Below are positions 27,285 through 39,564 of a stretch of 64,000 nucleotides of DNA, piece after piece; the stretch's first letter is position 1, and the number at the start of each line of letters is the position of its first letter. A model generated the notes under the pieces. It was given only the letters and a program-made list of their open reading frames with translations, was not told where the DNA came from and searched no databases. A program made the position numbers and the translations under genes. Source of the DNA: Octopus sinensis (Eukaryota); NCBI RefSeq assembly GCF_006345805.1, contig NC_042998.1, positions 85,064,001 through 85,128,000 of the forward strand. Direction: 5' to 3'.

Positions 27285-27504
27285 TACAAGATGGCCCAAA
27301 AGTAGTCCTTCAGTTATCACATAGGCACTTTAAATTTCATTTAAAACATTTAATTACATTCAAATTTCTATCTTACAATTAACTAAATTAGCATAGAATG
27401 ATCGTTTCATATTTTTTTTATAATTAAGATCTAAACTGTTAACATATGAATGTGGTGAAAGAGATAGTTGAATAATTGTAAACCTACTTTTGGGCCATCC
27501 TGTA
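27285..27504. mobile_element. Tc1/mariner-type (TA) MITE, 220 bp
   Basis: TIRs tacaagatggcccaaaagtag and ctacttttgggccatcctgta match at 20/21, with TA ends. Confidence 0.85.
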
Positions 27505-28431
27505 TGGCCTGTATATATACCAAACTTTTGCTAATTGATTTAAATGCCTATGTAGTCATAAGCAAACATAGGCATTGTTTCAACTCTCCCACCATTTGAT
27601 CCAGCTGCACATCCAAGATGTAACAACTTCTGGGAAAGAGGGCTGCACTTGCATTAGGCAGGTACACATTTTCAAATGACTGTATTGGAGTAACATGAAA
27701 GGAAGTGCCTTGTTCAGGGACAAGACACACTGCCCAATCCAAGAACTGAACCCACAATCTTGTGATTGTGAGTCCAAAATCCTGACCACTAAGCCATATA
27801 CATTCATGTATTTGAGTCAAATCAGTTTGGTATACTCCTTCAGTTTACTATGTTCAAATTTATGGCTTTGTGCCTATGTAATAAATGGTGGTGGAAGAGG
27901 GAGAGTGTAATGGTAGGATGATAATGCTGATCCTGTTCAGAATTACAGCTTGATGGTGTAGCCAATGGAACAAAACATCTGAGAACTTTTCTAATCAAGA
28001 CCATTCGAACTTTATCCATGAACATGTCCTAATTTCTGAGATTTTCAAACATGTGGTTCTCATTTTAAAGATATCAGGAAGATGGGGATTATTGAATTGA
28101 GATTTCACTGCTACACTAAACAGGCTTAAATGATTATGTAGAAATTCCCTTGTTAATACTACCTTCATTGAAGGAAGTAATTCATTCAGTGTGAAAGGGT
28201 TGATTGATGAAGGAAAAGAAAAATCTAGAATAGATAAAATCAGAAGATTTCACAGAGGAATGATGAAAAGACTTATAATAATAATGATGAGCTTATTGTA
28301 TACAGTACTCAGATTCACTATCACTCATTGGGAAAGGGTAAAAGAGGAGACAGAAAGCAGCAATTAATCAATGAAAGACAGCAATGATAAGCAAAAGTTC
28401 ATTGCATAGTACACAGGGTATATAGTATATA

Positions 28432-28601
28432 GGCGCAGGAGTGACTGTGTGGTAAGTAGCTTGCTTAATAACCACATGGTTCCAGGTTCAGTCCCACTGC
28501 ATAGCACCTTGGGCAAGTGTCTTCTACTATAGCCTCAGGCTGACCAAAGCCTTGTGAGTGGATTTGGTAGAAGGAAACTGAAAGAAACCCATCATATATA
28601 C

Positions 28602-28653
<52 letters not shown>

Positions 28654-28850
28654 CTGTGTCCCCCCCAACATCACTTGACAACTGATGCTAGGTATGTTTA
28701 CGTCCCCGTAACTTAGCAGTTCGGCAAAAGAGCACCGATAGAATAAGTACTAGGCTTACAAAGAATAAGTCCTGGGGTCGATGTGCTCGACTAAAGGTGG
28801 TGCTCCAGCATGGCTACAGTCAAATGACTGAAACAAGTAAAAGGGTAAAA
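28432..28850 (+). mobile_element. SINE family A, full length
   Basis: Colinear with 11159-11552. Confidence 0.9.
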
Positions 28851-29215
28851 GAGGGTAAAGCACATAAAGACAGAAAAGTGAACGGTAAAAGAGCCATAAA
28901 TGGGAAAGAGTGCAGAGGCATATGAGGAGTAGTATTAGCAAATTTGAGTAAGTACGGAATTTTTAAAGAATACATGTTCTGACAGCTAAAAACAGATACA
29001 GGTAATTTTTCCCCACATGCTTTGGCAATTCTAAGCATTAAAAAAATGTTTCTGAAAGTCATGGATGCTGCATTGCATCATTGCTCCTGTTGTTCTCATT
29101 GTTATAGTCTAGTTCCTTGTGCTTATTTGCTTATTTTTTATTTTATTTTTTTAAAAATAAATTTCAGAGTTTATTCTGTGATTTTATACTAAAATTCTTT
29201 CTTTTCAATTTTCAG

Positions 29216-29314
29216 GTGCTTCCACTGAAGTAAATCAGCAGACAGAGAAGAATGGAACCAAAGAAGTCAATGAGAAGGGAAAAGAAGAGGAAATAAAAGA
29301 CATAGATAAAACAG
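29216..29314 (+). CDS. Internal coding exon (99 bp, phase 1-1) of an unidentified long-intron gene; peptide (S/G)ASTEVNQQTEKNGTKEVNEKGKEEEIKDIDKT(G)
   Basis: Polypyrimidine acceptor ttcttttcaattttcag|GT, donor ACAG|gtatgg, open frame, and length divisible by 3. Joins in frame to the 34770 exon. Confidence 0.75.
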
Positions 29315-30050
29315 GTATGGCTTTGTGGAGGGCACAAAAAAATCGGCAGAGCTTCAGAAAAAAAGTCCCTGCCTTATTTGGTCGCAACCCTTTATAGTCT
29401 GAGTTTGAATCCTACCAACATTGCCTTTGCCTTTCAACGTTCTAGGGTCCATAATATAAAGAACCAGTTAAGCACTGTGAATTGATGTAGTCAACTAACC
29501 ATCTTCCCTTAGAAGTGCTGGCCATATACCAAAATCTGATGCAATTATAAATAATATTAGATGGTGTGCTGTCAGGGTCGTAAGCATGTTGGATAAAATG
29601 CATCATGGCATTTCTGCCTGCTCTTTACATTCTGTGTGCAAATCCTGCTGAGGTCAGCTTTGCCTTTAATCCTTTTGAGGTTAATAAAATAAAAGTACCA
29701 GTCAAGCACTAAGGTCAATGTAATCCCCTTGTCCTCAACTCTCAAAATTGCTAGCCTTGTGCCAAAATTAGAAAGAATGTGCTTGAGAAGACATGTCAAG
29801 CCAAGTGAAATCGTAATCATGGCCAATGCCAGTGACACATAAAAGGTGGCCGTGCCAGTGACATGTAAAAGGTATCCACTATGCCCTTGGAGTGGTTGGT
29901 GTTGGGAAAGGGCATCTAGCCATAGAAACCAAGCCAAATCAGACTGGGGCCTGGTACTGCTCTCTGGCTTATCAATCTCAGTCAACCTGCCTAACCCATG
30001 CCAGTAAGGAAAGCAGATACTAAATGATGATGATGATGATGATGATGATG

Positions 30051-30090
<40 letters not shown>

Positions 30091-30419
30091 TATTATTATT
30101 AAGGTGGCAAAATGGCAGAATCTTTAGCAGATTGAACAAAATACTTAGTAGCATTTCTTTTGACTTAATGCTCTAAGTTCAAATTCTGTCAAGCTTTACT
30201 TTGCCTTTCATCCTTTCAGGGTCAAGAAAATAAGTACCAGTTACGCACTGGGGTTAATGTAATCAACTAGTCCCCAAAATATCAGGTTTTAGTGAGAGAG
30301 CAGCACATGCCATCAAAGTGAAACTGGGGTACACATATACAAAGCCCAAAGTACTACCCATGTGATAAGGGTACAACAGGCACCTGCATCATTATTGTTA
30401 TTATTATCAAAAACGTGAT

Positions 30420-30700
30420 GTCACATGTCGGATGGATCTGGTTGTTAACCAAATCCATCATGAAGATCACCCCACTGCCTTCCTTTAATCCCAAAGGGCA
30501 GCTTGGTGAAAGACATTGTATGGTGGACAAGACTAAAGGGGTTGAAGACAAACACTTTTCTCTTTGGCCAATCCCTGGTCAACCTCTTCAAGTGAAACTT
30601 GAAGAGGAAAATAAGAGTAGAGAGGGAAGTATTGTCTTCTTGCCAGTTTGCTAAAAGGTGAATGAAAGTGGTGAGAATGGTGCAAATGAACAGGCCTGCC
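30420..30700 (-). mobile_element. Possible highly decayed Ty3/gypsy RT fragment
   Basis: Across frames: FSKLARRQYF..LQVSLEE, then TKLPFGIK, then IFMMD. This echoes F.KL.G..YFS.LD...LQ..L / RLPFGIK.AP.IFQ..MD. Confidence 0.35.
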
Positions 30701-31481
30701 CTGATCATATGCCTGTAGTTGGAGAAAAGGAAAGATAAAAATGGCACCTGCTCCAAAAGTCAGGGTGCCCATGTATTTTCATGGGGTTTTTCCATGAACA
30801 GCTCTTGAACATCTCCTCCTTATTGAAGATTTCACATTGCTGAATTTTTTCTTCCTTTCTTTTTGTTCCATTATGTTAATCTTGTGTACAAACAAAATCC
30901 TCACAACACACACTCACAGACATATACACACATTCTTTGTTTTTGTCCTGTACTGTCTATAATGTTTTTCTTAATGTAAATCCTTTGTGGTTAATAAAGA
31001 AATCATTGTTATTATTGCATGAGAGGGCAATGCATGCCATCAAAGTGACACTGGGGTAAAATATACAAAGCCCAGTATACCCATCATGACTACCCATCTG
31101 ATAATGGTACACCAGGCACATGCATCACAACCAAATGTGCACGACATGGTGATCTCATATCAAGACAAACAGCACATGTTAGAATTTTCTGCAGGTTGAG
31201 TAGCCCATCCCACTCAAAAGGTCCCTGAATAAGGTTTGTTTAAGGATGTTGAACGAAACACCTATGTTTCCAGAGGTGAATTATTCAGACCACAAAGAAT
31301 TCCTCTCATCGCAAGGCTATGATGCTCTGCTTGTGATCAGAGATGCACCAAGAGACATGCTCAACTAGTTAAGATCAAGCAATTGACAAGCAAATCTGTG
31401 GTGTTAAGCAGAATATTTGCTGTAACCCATCTTTTATACAAAACATGTACATGATAACACAAATCATTATTATTATTATTA

Positions 31482-31526
<45 letters not shown>

Positions 31527-31613
31527 GCTTTGCGCAGAGGCGGTACCATGGCCAATGAGGTAAATCCGAGGCATGGTTATTGCTAGTTGATTATTATTAT
31601 TATTATTATTATT

Positions 31614-31671
<58 letters not shown>

Positions 31672-31807
31672 CCATTATTGTTATTAGTAGTAGTAGTAAT
31701 AGTAGTAGTAGTAGGAGGAGGGGAAAAGAAGAGGCAGAAGTAACAACAGCAGCAGTAGTATGCTCATCATCATTAGGGTGGTGTTAGTGATAGTGTTTTA
31801 ATGCCAG

Positions 31808-31843
<36 letters not shown>

Positions 31844-33284
31844 CCGAGGGTGACAACCTTCCTGTGGTCAGGCTTCCCCTGCTACCATCTACCTACCTAC
31901 TCAGCAACATTCAAGAGAGTAGCTTTCTTCTATCCCAACCTCCCCAAGGTCATCTAGCTGTTGTAGTTATAACCTATTGTTATTAAATTTTGAAAGTATC
32001 ATCACTTAAGTGTAAGGGAGTTGAAGAGAAACACTTGACCCTCCAGTACTCATGTAACAGTTATAGCAGTGACACAGGCAAACAAATATTGTATTTTCAA
32101 TTGTGGAATCACATTTTGTCTGTATTTAGTTTATATCTAGGGCAAAAATTTCCTCCATTACTGATAGATTTCATTTGTCAGAGAACTACAGCAAGAGGAG
32201 CTCCTCCTCCTCCACCTCCAACTTCTCCGCTTCCCCTCCTCCTCATCATCATCATCATTTAACATAGCTGCTTTGATCAAATGGAATTCAATTAGGTGGA
32301 ATTTTTATGGCCAGATACCCTTTCATGTCACCAAACCTCATGTGTTTCCATGCCAGGTAATATTTCCCAAGACCATACATGCATGCATAAAACACACACA
32401 TGCATATAAACCATACACAAGCATAAGCACACACACACACACACACACACTTATACATATGTGGTGGACTTCTTTCAGTTACCATCTACTGAATCTACTC
32501 ACAAGGGAGTAAGGATATAGTAGAAACCACTTGATGAAGGTGCTGCACAGTGGACCAGAATCCAAGACATTGTTGGTAGTTTCAAGCTAAAGACTTAACT
32601 TCACTGCAAGTTGCTCACCATGCTAAAACTAATAGTTAAATATCCCTCAAATTATACCCAATAATCTTATAAAAGAGTTGATGGGATTTTTAATTTGGTA
32701 AAGTAGTTTTGGGTAAATTATGTCTGAGCAAAAGACAAGATAGATATGGTTGGAATGTCTTTAATTATACAACTGCTTGATCAGTGTAGGTTGACTTAGT
32801 GATAATGTTTTAATGCCAGACAAAAGAGAATGCCTTTGGTTATAGATCTGCTTGATCAATGTAGGTTGACTTGGAACTAATTAAAAATGATAAAACAATT
32901 GTCAAGTTAATGACATCATACTTAGAGTAGTGAAGGTAAAATAAAACTAATTAATTAAGAAATACTTATGTGGTGATGAGAAGAAAACATTAACTGAATG
33001 ACTAATGTTATTTTATTCTGATCTTGGCCAGTATAACCAACAAAGGCCATGAAGTTGTAAAAACATTAAAACACTGAGCTAAATATAGGCAGTAAATTAC
33101 CAGGATTGAAAGTGTCTTACAACATCTATTATGGCTCTTTACAGTATCAGTTCAAATCTCACCTCTGGTGTCAATAAAATAAAGTACCAACCTAGGGTAT
33201 TAGGTTTGTGGAACCGTTAGGATTTCAGATGGAATACTTTAGAATTAGTTTTGTTGTTGTTTTTTATACTTGCTGACTTTGGAT

Positions 33285-33760
33285 GAAGGGACAGAGTCTA
33301 AGACCCTTACAGGCCCTCTGAGACTGGTCAGATGGATGCTGTTTATGCAGGTCAACATCTGCAGGAATGACATGAAGGAAGAGGAGATGCCAGAGGACCA
33401 ATGTTCTAAGGAAGAAGGATTGGGCATAATGAATAGTATGGGATGCATGAAGGATGATGAGTAGGTTGGGTGTCCTTGAATGGTGGAGATATGAGACCAG
33501 CCAGCTTTGAGAAGCAGAGGCCATTATAGTATTGCTTGAAAAGACAGAGAGAAAACAGCATGCATGTGGGCCAGAAGCTGGAGAGTATCCATTAGTGATG
33601 AAGTATTAATCAGCCAGGTGGCCCTTCTCTGGATGCAAGCCAGGATGTCAGTGTGTGTAGTGGGAGTGCTATCCCATATAATAGTAGTGGATTTGATTTC
33701 AAACCCTGTTGAGATCAATTTTGTCTCCCATATTTCTAGGGTCAATACAACAATATACAA
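33285..33760 (-). mobile_element. 3' fragment of a CR1/L2/Jockey-group LINE
   Basis: Minus-strand IWDSTPTTHTDILACIQRRATWLI...LQLLAH and SFFLRTLVLW resemble the post-RT C-terminus of these LINEs. Confidence 0.65.
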
Positions 33761-34470
33761 TCTTGGATGTTTAATTGGTGGAATCCTAAGAGCATTGTGG
33801 TATTTGTTCTTGACCCTAGTGTTCTGAGTTCAAATCCTGCTGTGCCTCTTCTTGGATGATAGATTTACTTTGCTACCCATTTTAACATCACTAATTGGCT
33901 CTTGGGTGCCTTTAGTGGAGTCCATTCAGTTGCAAACATCTGAGCCATATTTCTGACTTGTGGATGTCTTTGACCCACTACTTCTTCAGTCTTGGAAGCC
34001 CTGATAAAATGAAAGGTGATAGGCACTGCCCTCCTTCCTGACAAAAAGATCTTAAATTATTTAGTTTCATTCTGAGTTCAGGTCCAACAATGGATGGAAG
34101 CACTGGTCAAATTAGATTGAATACTTTTGTCCCTGAGGTCTGTTCAAGCAAATCTGATCAAGATAAACATATCCAAGAGTAGCAACAATAACACCACCAA
34201 ACTTCACAGAGTTCTTCATTCACTCTTCAAATTCAGAATTCAGTGTGTTCAATATGCCACTATTTCAAATAATGGTAAAAATGGCAGTGTTGCTTTTCAA
34301 TAACTTTTCTGATTTGGAGAGTGTTATAAAGTAAAACTCATGTTCCCAAGCTCAAATCCATGACCAGATTTCAATTCTCAGTTGTATTTATTTCACTTTG
34401 TTAAAAATTTTGAGTAAGGCTTGAACTTTATACTTTTGTACTTCCCCTCTACCTATATATCTGAAAGACT

Positions 34471-34691
34471 GAGCCTATATAAGGTATCAAAGGCTTAATG
34501 AATATAGACGATTTGATAGTCAGTGAGATCTGAGCCTGAGTGAAGTAACAAAGATCTAATGAGTATAAATGACTTAGTAGTCAGTGAGATTTAAGGCTAT
34601 GTAAGGCATCAAAATTTCTAATGAATATAGATGAGGTAACAGTCAATGAGGTTTGAATTTATGTCAAGTATCAAAAGTCTTATGAGTATAG
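34471..34691 (+). repeat. Diverged 61-bp minisatellite, ~3.6 units
   Basis: Units start at 34471, 34532, 34593 and 34655 and share ...caaa...taatga.tata.a.ga....tagtca.tgag. Confidence 0.8.
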
Positions 34692-34769
34692 TTCATCAAA
34701 CAATATCAATCATTATTTTGCATCCTTCATTGATTAGTGATATTAATCATTTGTTTATTTATATAACAG

Positions 34770-34937
34770 GAAGTTTAAGAAAGAAGGCATGGCTGAAACG
34801 TAAACCAAGTGATCAAAAGTCACCAAAGTCAAAGAAAAAAGGTAAAGAAAATAAAAAGAAAGGTTCTCAGGATAAACTTTCCATCACTACAGAGGAACCA
34901 GAAAAAGAAGAAGTATCTCATAGACTTTCAAGAATTG
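34770..34937 (+). CDS. Internal coding exon (168 bp, phase 1-1), Lys-rich; GSLRKKAWLKRKPSDQKSPKSKKKGKENKKKGSQDKLSITTEEPEKEEVSHRLSRI
   Basis: Acceptor ttgtttatttatataacag|GA and canonical donor ATTG|gtaagt. Lies inside ORF 34646-34954, is not a simple repeat, and is in frame with both neighbouring exons. Confidence 0.8.
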
Positions 34938-35653
34938 GTAAGTGGAAGGAATAATTCTTCATCATAAATATCAATAGCTTGATGTATTTATTAATTCACT
35001 TGTTTGATTTATGTTGTGGTTTTTTTATATTTTAATTTCTTTTGGTAAGTTGGCAGCAGAAACTATAAAGAAACAGACAAATGCATTGGAATATTTTCAT
35101 TTCTTTAATTTTGATTTCAGATTCAAATCTTGTCACAGTTGGGTTTTAACTTTTGTCTCTTCTGTGTTTATTTAAAAATGAGTAGCAGTAATACTTATGA
35201 TATCGTATTAATTGACTATGCTTTACTTCTGCAAAAGTTTGTTTTATGTCTAGTTAAAAGAAGTGAATACCATGAAAGGAACACAATGTCCAGTAAAAAA
35301 TTAAAGTGTTGAACTATTGATCACACACAAACAGAAGTTCAATATAAAATAAAGTACTGGGAGTTCAGTATAAGTTAATGTGTTAATGTATTGATCGCAT
35401 GAAGATGAGTTCAATATGCTCAAATACAAACCTAAACATCTGTTCTACCCTTGGGCTGAGTAGTGTAACATTCTTATTTCACAATTGTATGATCAGCATT
35501 TGGAAAGGTAACGAACTATATCTATATATATATATAAAAATACTCCAACTCAATTAAATGATTTGAACTCAGAATGTAGAACAGAACTAGATATTTTAAG
35601 GCATTTAGTCTTGTCTTCTACCATTTCAACCTTCTATTTACTGCCTTACCAGT

Positions 35654-35690
<37 letters not shown>

Positions 35691-35772
35691 CAGCAGCAGC
35701 AGCAGGAACATCTGCAACAGTATAGTAGTAGTTGCAGCAGCAACAGTACCAGCAGTAGTGGTAGTGGTGGTG

Positions 35773-35818
<46 letters not shown>

Positions 35819-37771
35819 CAGCAGCAGTTGCAGTAGAGGTTATCCATATATATAAGACAGAGTTTGTATGTATGTGTGTGTGTGTGCATGTGTGTATGTT
35901 CCTTATGGATTCAAAAACTGAGTTGCTAATTTTGACGTTTGAGTTATCAAAAGATTCAGTAATCTTTCAGCTACCAGATAAAGTATATTTTCAGCACAAC
36001 TCTTTTTTACTACTAAAATAACCTCAAAAACGAGGTTGGGTGGCACAATTTTGAGTCATTTTTGGGCAATATTTCAATTTGCTTCTGATATTTCACTTTC
36101 ATCTGATGTTTCATGCATGTGTAGAATTCTACTGAAATAGCACACATGAAAAATATCAAAACACCACCACAAAACAGGACATGATACAAACAATACCTAC
36201 ATGACACCATTTCTGAGGAAACTTCCACACTTTCAAAAAAGCTAAAACATTCTGAGTTTTTACCTTTTTGAAAGTGGGGATGTGATGGGTGGTGGCGGTT
36301 GGGGAAGGATAATTGAGGGCTTATTTCAGAAAATTTTTTTAAAATAATTTCTGAAACAAATGACATGATTTCTGAAGAAATGACATGATTTCTGAAACAA
36401 ATTTCCTTTTAAGTATATACGAAGATCAAGTTTTTCATTATGCTCATCACAAACACGAATTACAAAATAAAAATTAGTTATTTCCATTGAAGTTGAGCTG
36501 TAATTTTATGTGTGCACACAGCAACAAATAACAATAATTCATACAGAAGTTTCACCTGTAGTGTGTGTGTGTGTGTGCACATGCGTGCACACTGCATGCA
36601 AAAGAAGTTATTTTTATATATGTTTCTTCATTCCAAAAGAAGACAAACTTGAACAATACTTCCAAATTTGGACTTCACCCATGATTGTTAAGCCACCAAC
36701 ATCTATATAGGGATGATCAAGCCAGACAAACATTTATAAAAATGTGCACATAAATATTGTATCAAAATAAGCCACAACCAAAAAAAATTTCAGTAAAAGG
36801 CATCCATTTCTCTATTTGTTAGGGGCTACTTCTGAAAGTATGCCATTTTTGGATGATAAATAGGTCTAAAGAAGTTTGCCCTTAATTTGGCAGGCTATGT
36901 CTCCCACTTCACTGCTTCTGCTGATAGAGTGGCATTATCATTCTCTTTCAATTTCTCATTATAATGTAGGGACACACTATATTACAACTTCACTAACTTG
37001 ATCGATATATGACTAAACTTGGGTTTCATTTAATTTTTTACACACTTTGTTATCAATTATATAGATAATAACAAACATGATCTGTAAAGATTACTTATTT
37101 TAATATAATGTTTATGTATACATTTTTATACATGCTTCTCAGGCACATCAACCCTACAAATATACGTACACACTTCTTCATGGCTTCACAATCAGAGCTG
37201 AACTTTTTTTCTTGGTAATCCACAGAGAAAAAAACAGAGAGTATGAATCTTTAAGAATTTTCTTCTTTCTTTTTCTTAAAGAAGCACTAAAATCTCCTTC
37301 CCTAACATCCAGCCATCACCTCATCAATTCCAAAAAGCTACAAACTCCCAATGTTTCGCTTTTAGCTTTTTGGAAAGTAGGCAAGATTCTTCAGAAATAA
37401 TATCATTTACCTATTGTTTCTAGCATGTCAGGTTTTCTGGTGGTGGGATGATATTTTTTATGCCTGCAATTTCAGTACAATTCTACACATGCATAAAACA
37501 TCAGCTGACAGTGAAACATTGGGAGCTTGCAGCTGACGATTCTGTCCATAAGAATGGAACAAGTAATACAATGTGGCTGTAGGTCATAACACCCTGGCAA
37601 CACTGAGATGCATTGCTAGTAATAATAATGATAATAAGATGAAGAATAGTGAAGAAATAATACTATTATGTTATAATACTATTATGTTATATATAGGGAA
37701 AAAAACTATGTGCAGCTATCCGAAAAGTTACTGAATTTAAAAACAGAAGGAAGAACAACAGGACAAATAAC

Positions 37772-38600
37772 TGGAAAGAAAAGGAATTTACATGGCCAAT
37801 TCAGGCAACAAATCAAAGATGTAGGAAGTAAAAAAATGCTGCTTGTGTCTGACAGATAGACACATGGACTAAAAAAACTGAATTGTTAATAATACCCACT
37901 CAGATACAAACTATTAGAGTGAATTTGATAAAGGCAAAGATTGATAAAACGTAGTCAGAGAGCAAATGCAGAATCTGTGGGAATGGAGATGAAAGTATTT
38001 ACCATCTCTCAAGTGAATGTAGTAAGCTAGCACAAAAGAAGTATAAGCACAGGCATGAATGCATTGGTAAAAGATGCATTGGGATGTTAGTTAAGTGGGT
38101 GAATTTAAAGTGACAGGAAAGAATATGAACAAGAGCCAGAGGCTGTAATAGTGAATAATAATTACAGGATTTTATGAGATTTCTCCATAATGACTAACCA
38201 TACTACTGAAGCAAGAAGGACATTATGATTGTAGAGGACAAAAAAAAATAAGATCATAGACATTGTAATACCATATGATAATAGATCGGATACCAAAGAA
38301 ATTGAGAAAATTGAGAAATATCAGGGCCTAGACATGAGTATGGGATTGTGAAGTACAAAGATGACAGTTGCTCATGCAGTGATTGGTGCACTTGGTACAA
38401 CATCAAAACTGCAACTGAAGGGTATTGGAATCAAGATATAGTGTCAATCTGCAGAAAAGTGCTACGCTGTATTCTGAAAGAATTCCAAGAAAGGTCCTTG
38501 AGAATTGAGATTTGTTGTTACCAGACCTCAAGACAACATCTCTGCTAACTAAAGAAGCAGTTAATAGCTTTGTAAAAATAATAATAATAGTAATAATGAT
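37772..38600 (+). mobile_element. Degenerate C-terminal part of an R4/Dong-like non-LTR retrotransposon (CCHC knuckle plus restriction-like endonuclease)
   Basis: LHGQF (37788); CRICGNGDESIYHLSSECSKLAQKKYKHRH (37967-38056); IIDIVIPYD (38253); KEIEKIEKYQGL (38295); VIGALG. Ends in an (AAT)-rich tail and carries frameshifts. Confidence 0.8.
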
Positions 38601-39030
38601 TACATTTATTTGCCGAAGGACGAGTGGGGGACAATACAAAGACAGACATAAAGTGTTGGGGTTTTTATATAATGAAAAGATAAAATAATTAAATAAGTAA
38701 CAAAAAAAGGAATGTAAATATGCACAGTATACAATGAAAAGGAAGGCAAATATACATAGTATACAAAAGTTTAAAGAAAAAAAGTGTGTGTGGGGGGCTG
38801 ATAGAGATGTAGCTCTCCTGAAACAAGATGACCTCTAGGGATAATCAAAGAACCCCACTGTCCAAGATTTCCCTGAACATCAAGAGCAAGTGCTCTCGCC
38901 AATTCTTTCTCTCTGACTCACAGGTCTACATATATTTTCACAACTTTCAAAAAACTCACTCAAGGACAGCACTTCCCTCTTCACCCTCAATTTCTTTTTC
39001 AAGTGAAACTTGAACAATAATAATAATAAT

Positions 39031-39242
39031 CCTTTCTATTATAGGCACAAGGCCTGAAATTTGGGGCAGGGGATGGTGTATTACATTGAAACCAGTACTC
39101 AACTGGTACTTAATTTATTGACCCCGCAAAGATGAAAGGTAAAATTGACCCAGGGCAGGGTTTGAACTTAGACCATAGCGATGGGCAAAATACCCCTAAG
39201 CATTTCATCCAGCATGCTAACGATTCTGCCAGCTCGCTGCCC
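39031..39242 (-). mobile_element. SINE family B inserted in (AAT)n; further copies at ~29590-29790 (+), ~30100-30290 (+) and 59484-59701 (-)
   Basis: Reverse complement of the family B consensus. Confidence 0.85.
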
Positions 39243-39247
39243 TAATG

Positions 39248-39302
<55 letters not shown>

Positions 39303-39490
39303 TTTCTGTTTTATATACAAAACAAGCTATTTTAAGGGAAGAGATTGACTCACTATTTTGGTACTTTTTTTTTATTGACTTAAACAAGATTTAAATTCAA
39401 GATGTAAAGAGCTGGAACAAATACAGCAAGAAATATCTTCCAGAACTCTAATAATTCTACCAATCTAATGCTACTGCTGTAGTAGTAGTA

Positions 39491-39564
<74 letters not shown>

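Noticed and set aside
37528-37590. CTGACGA-TTCT...AGAA-TGGAAC hammerhead-like motif
   Set aside because: GAAA and the NUH site are absent. At best a dead relic, and not supportable.
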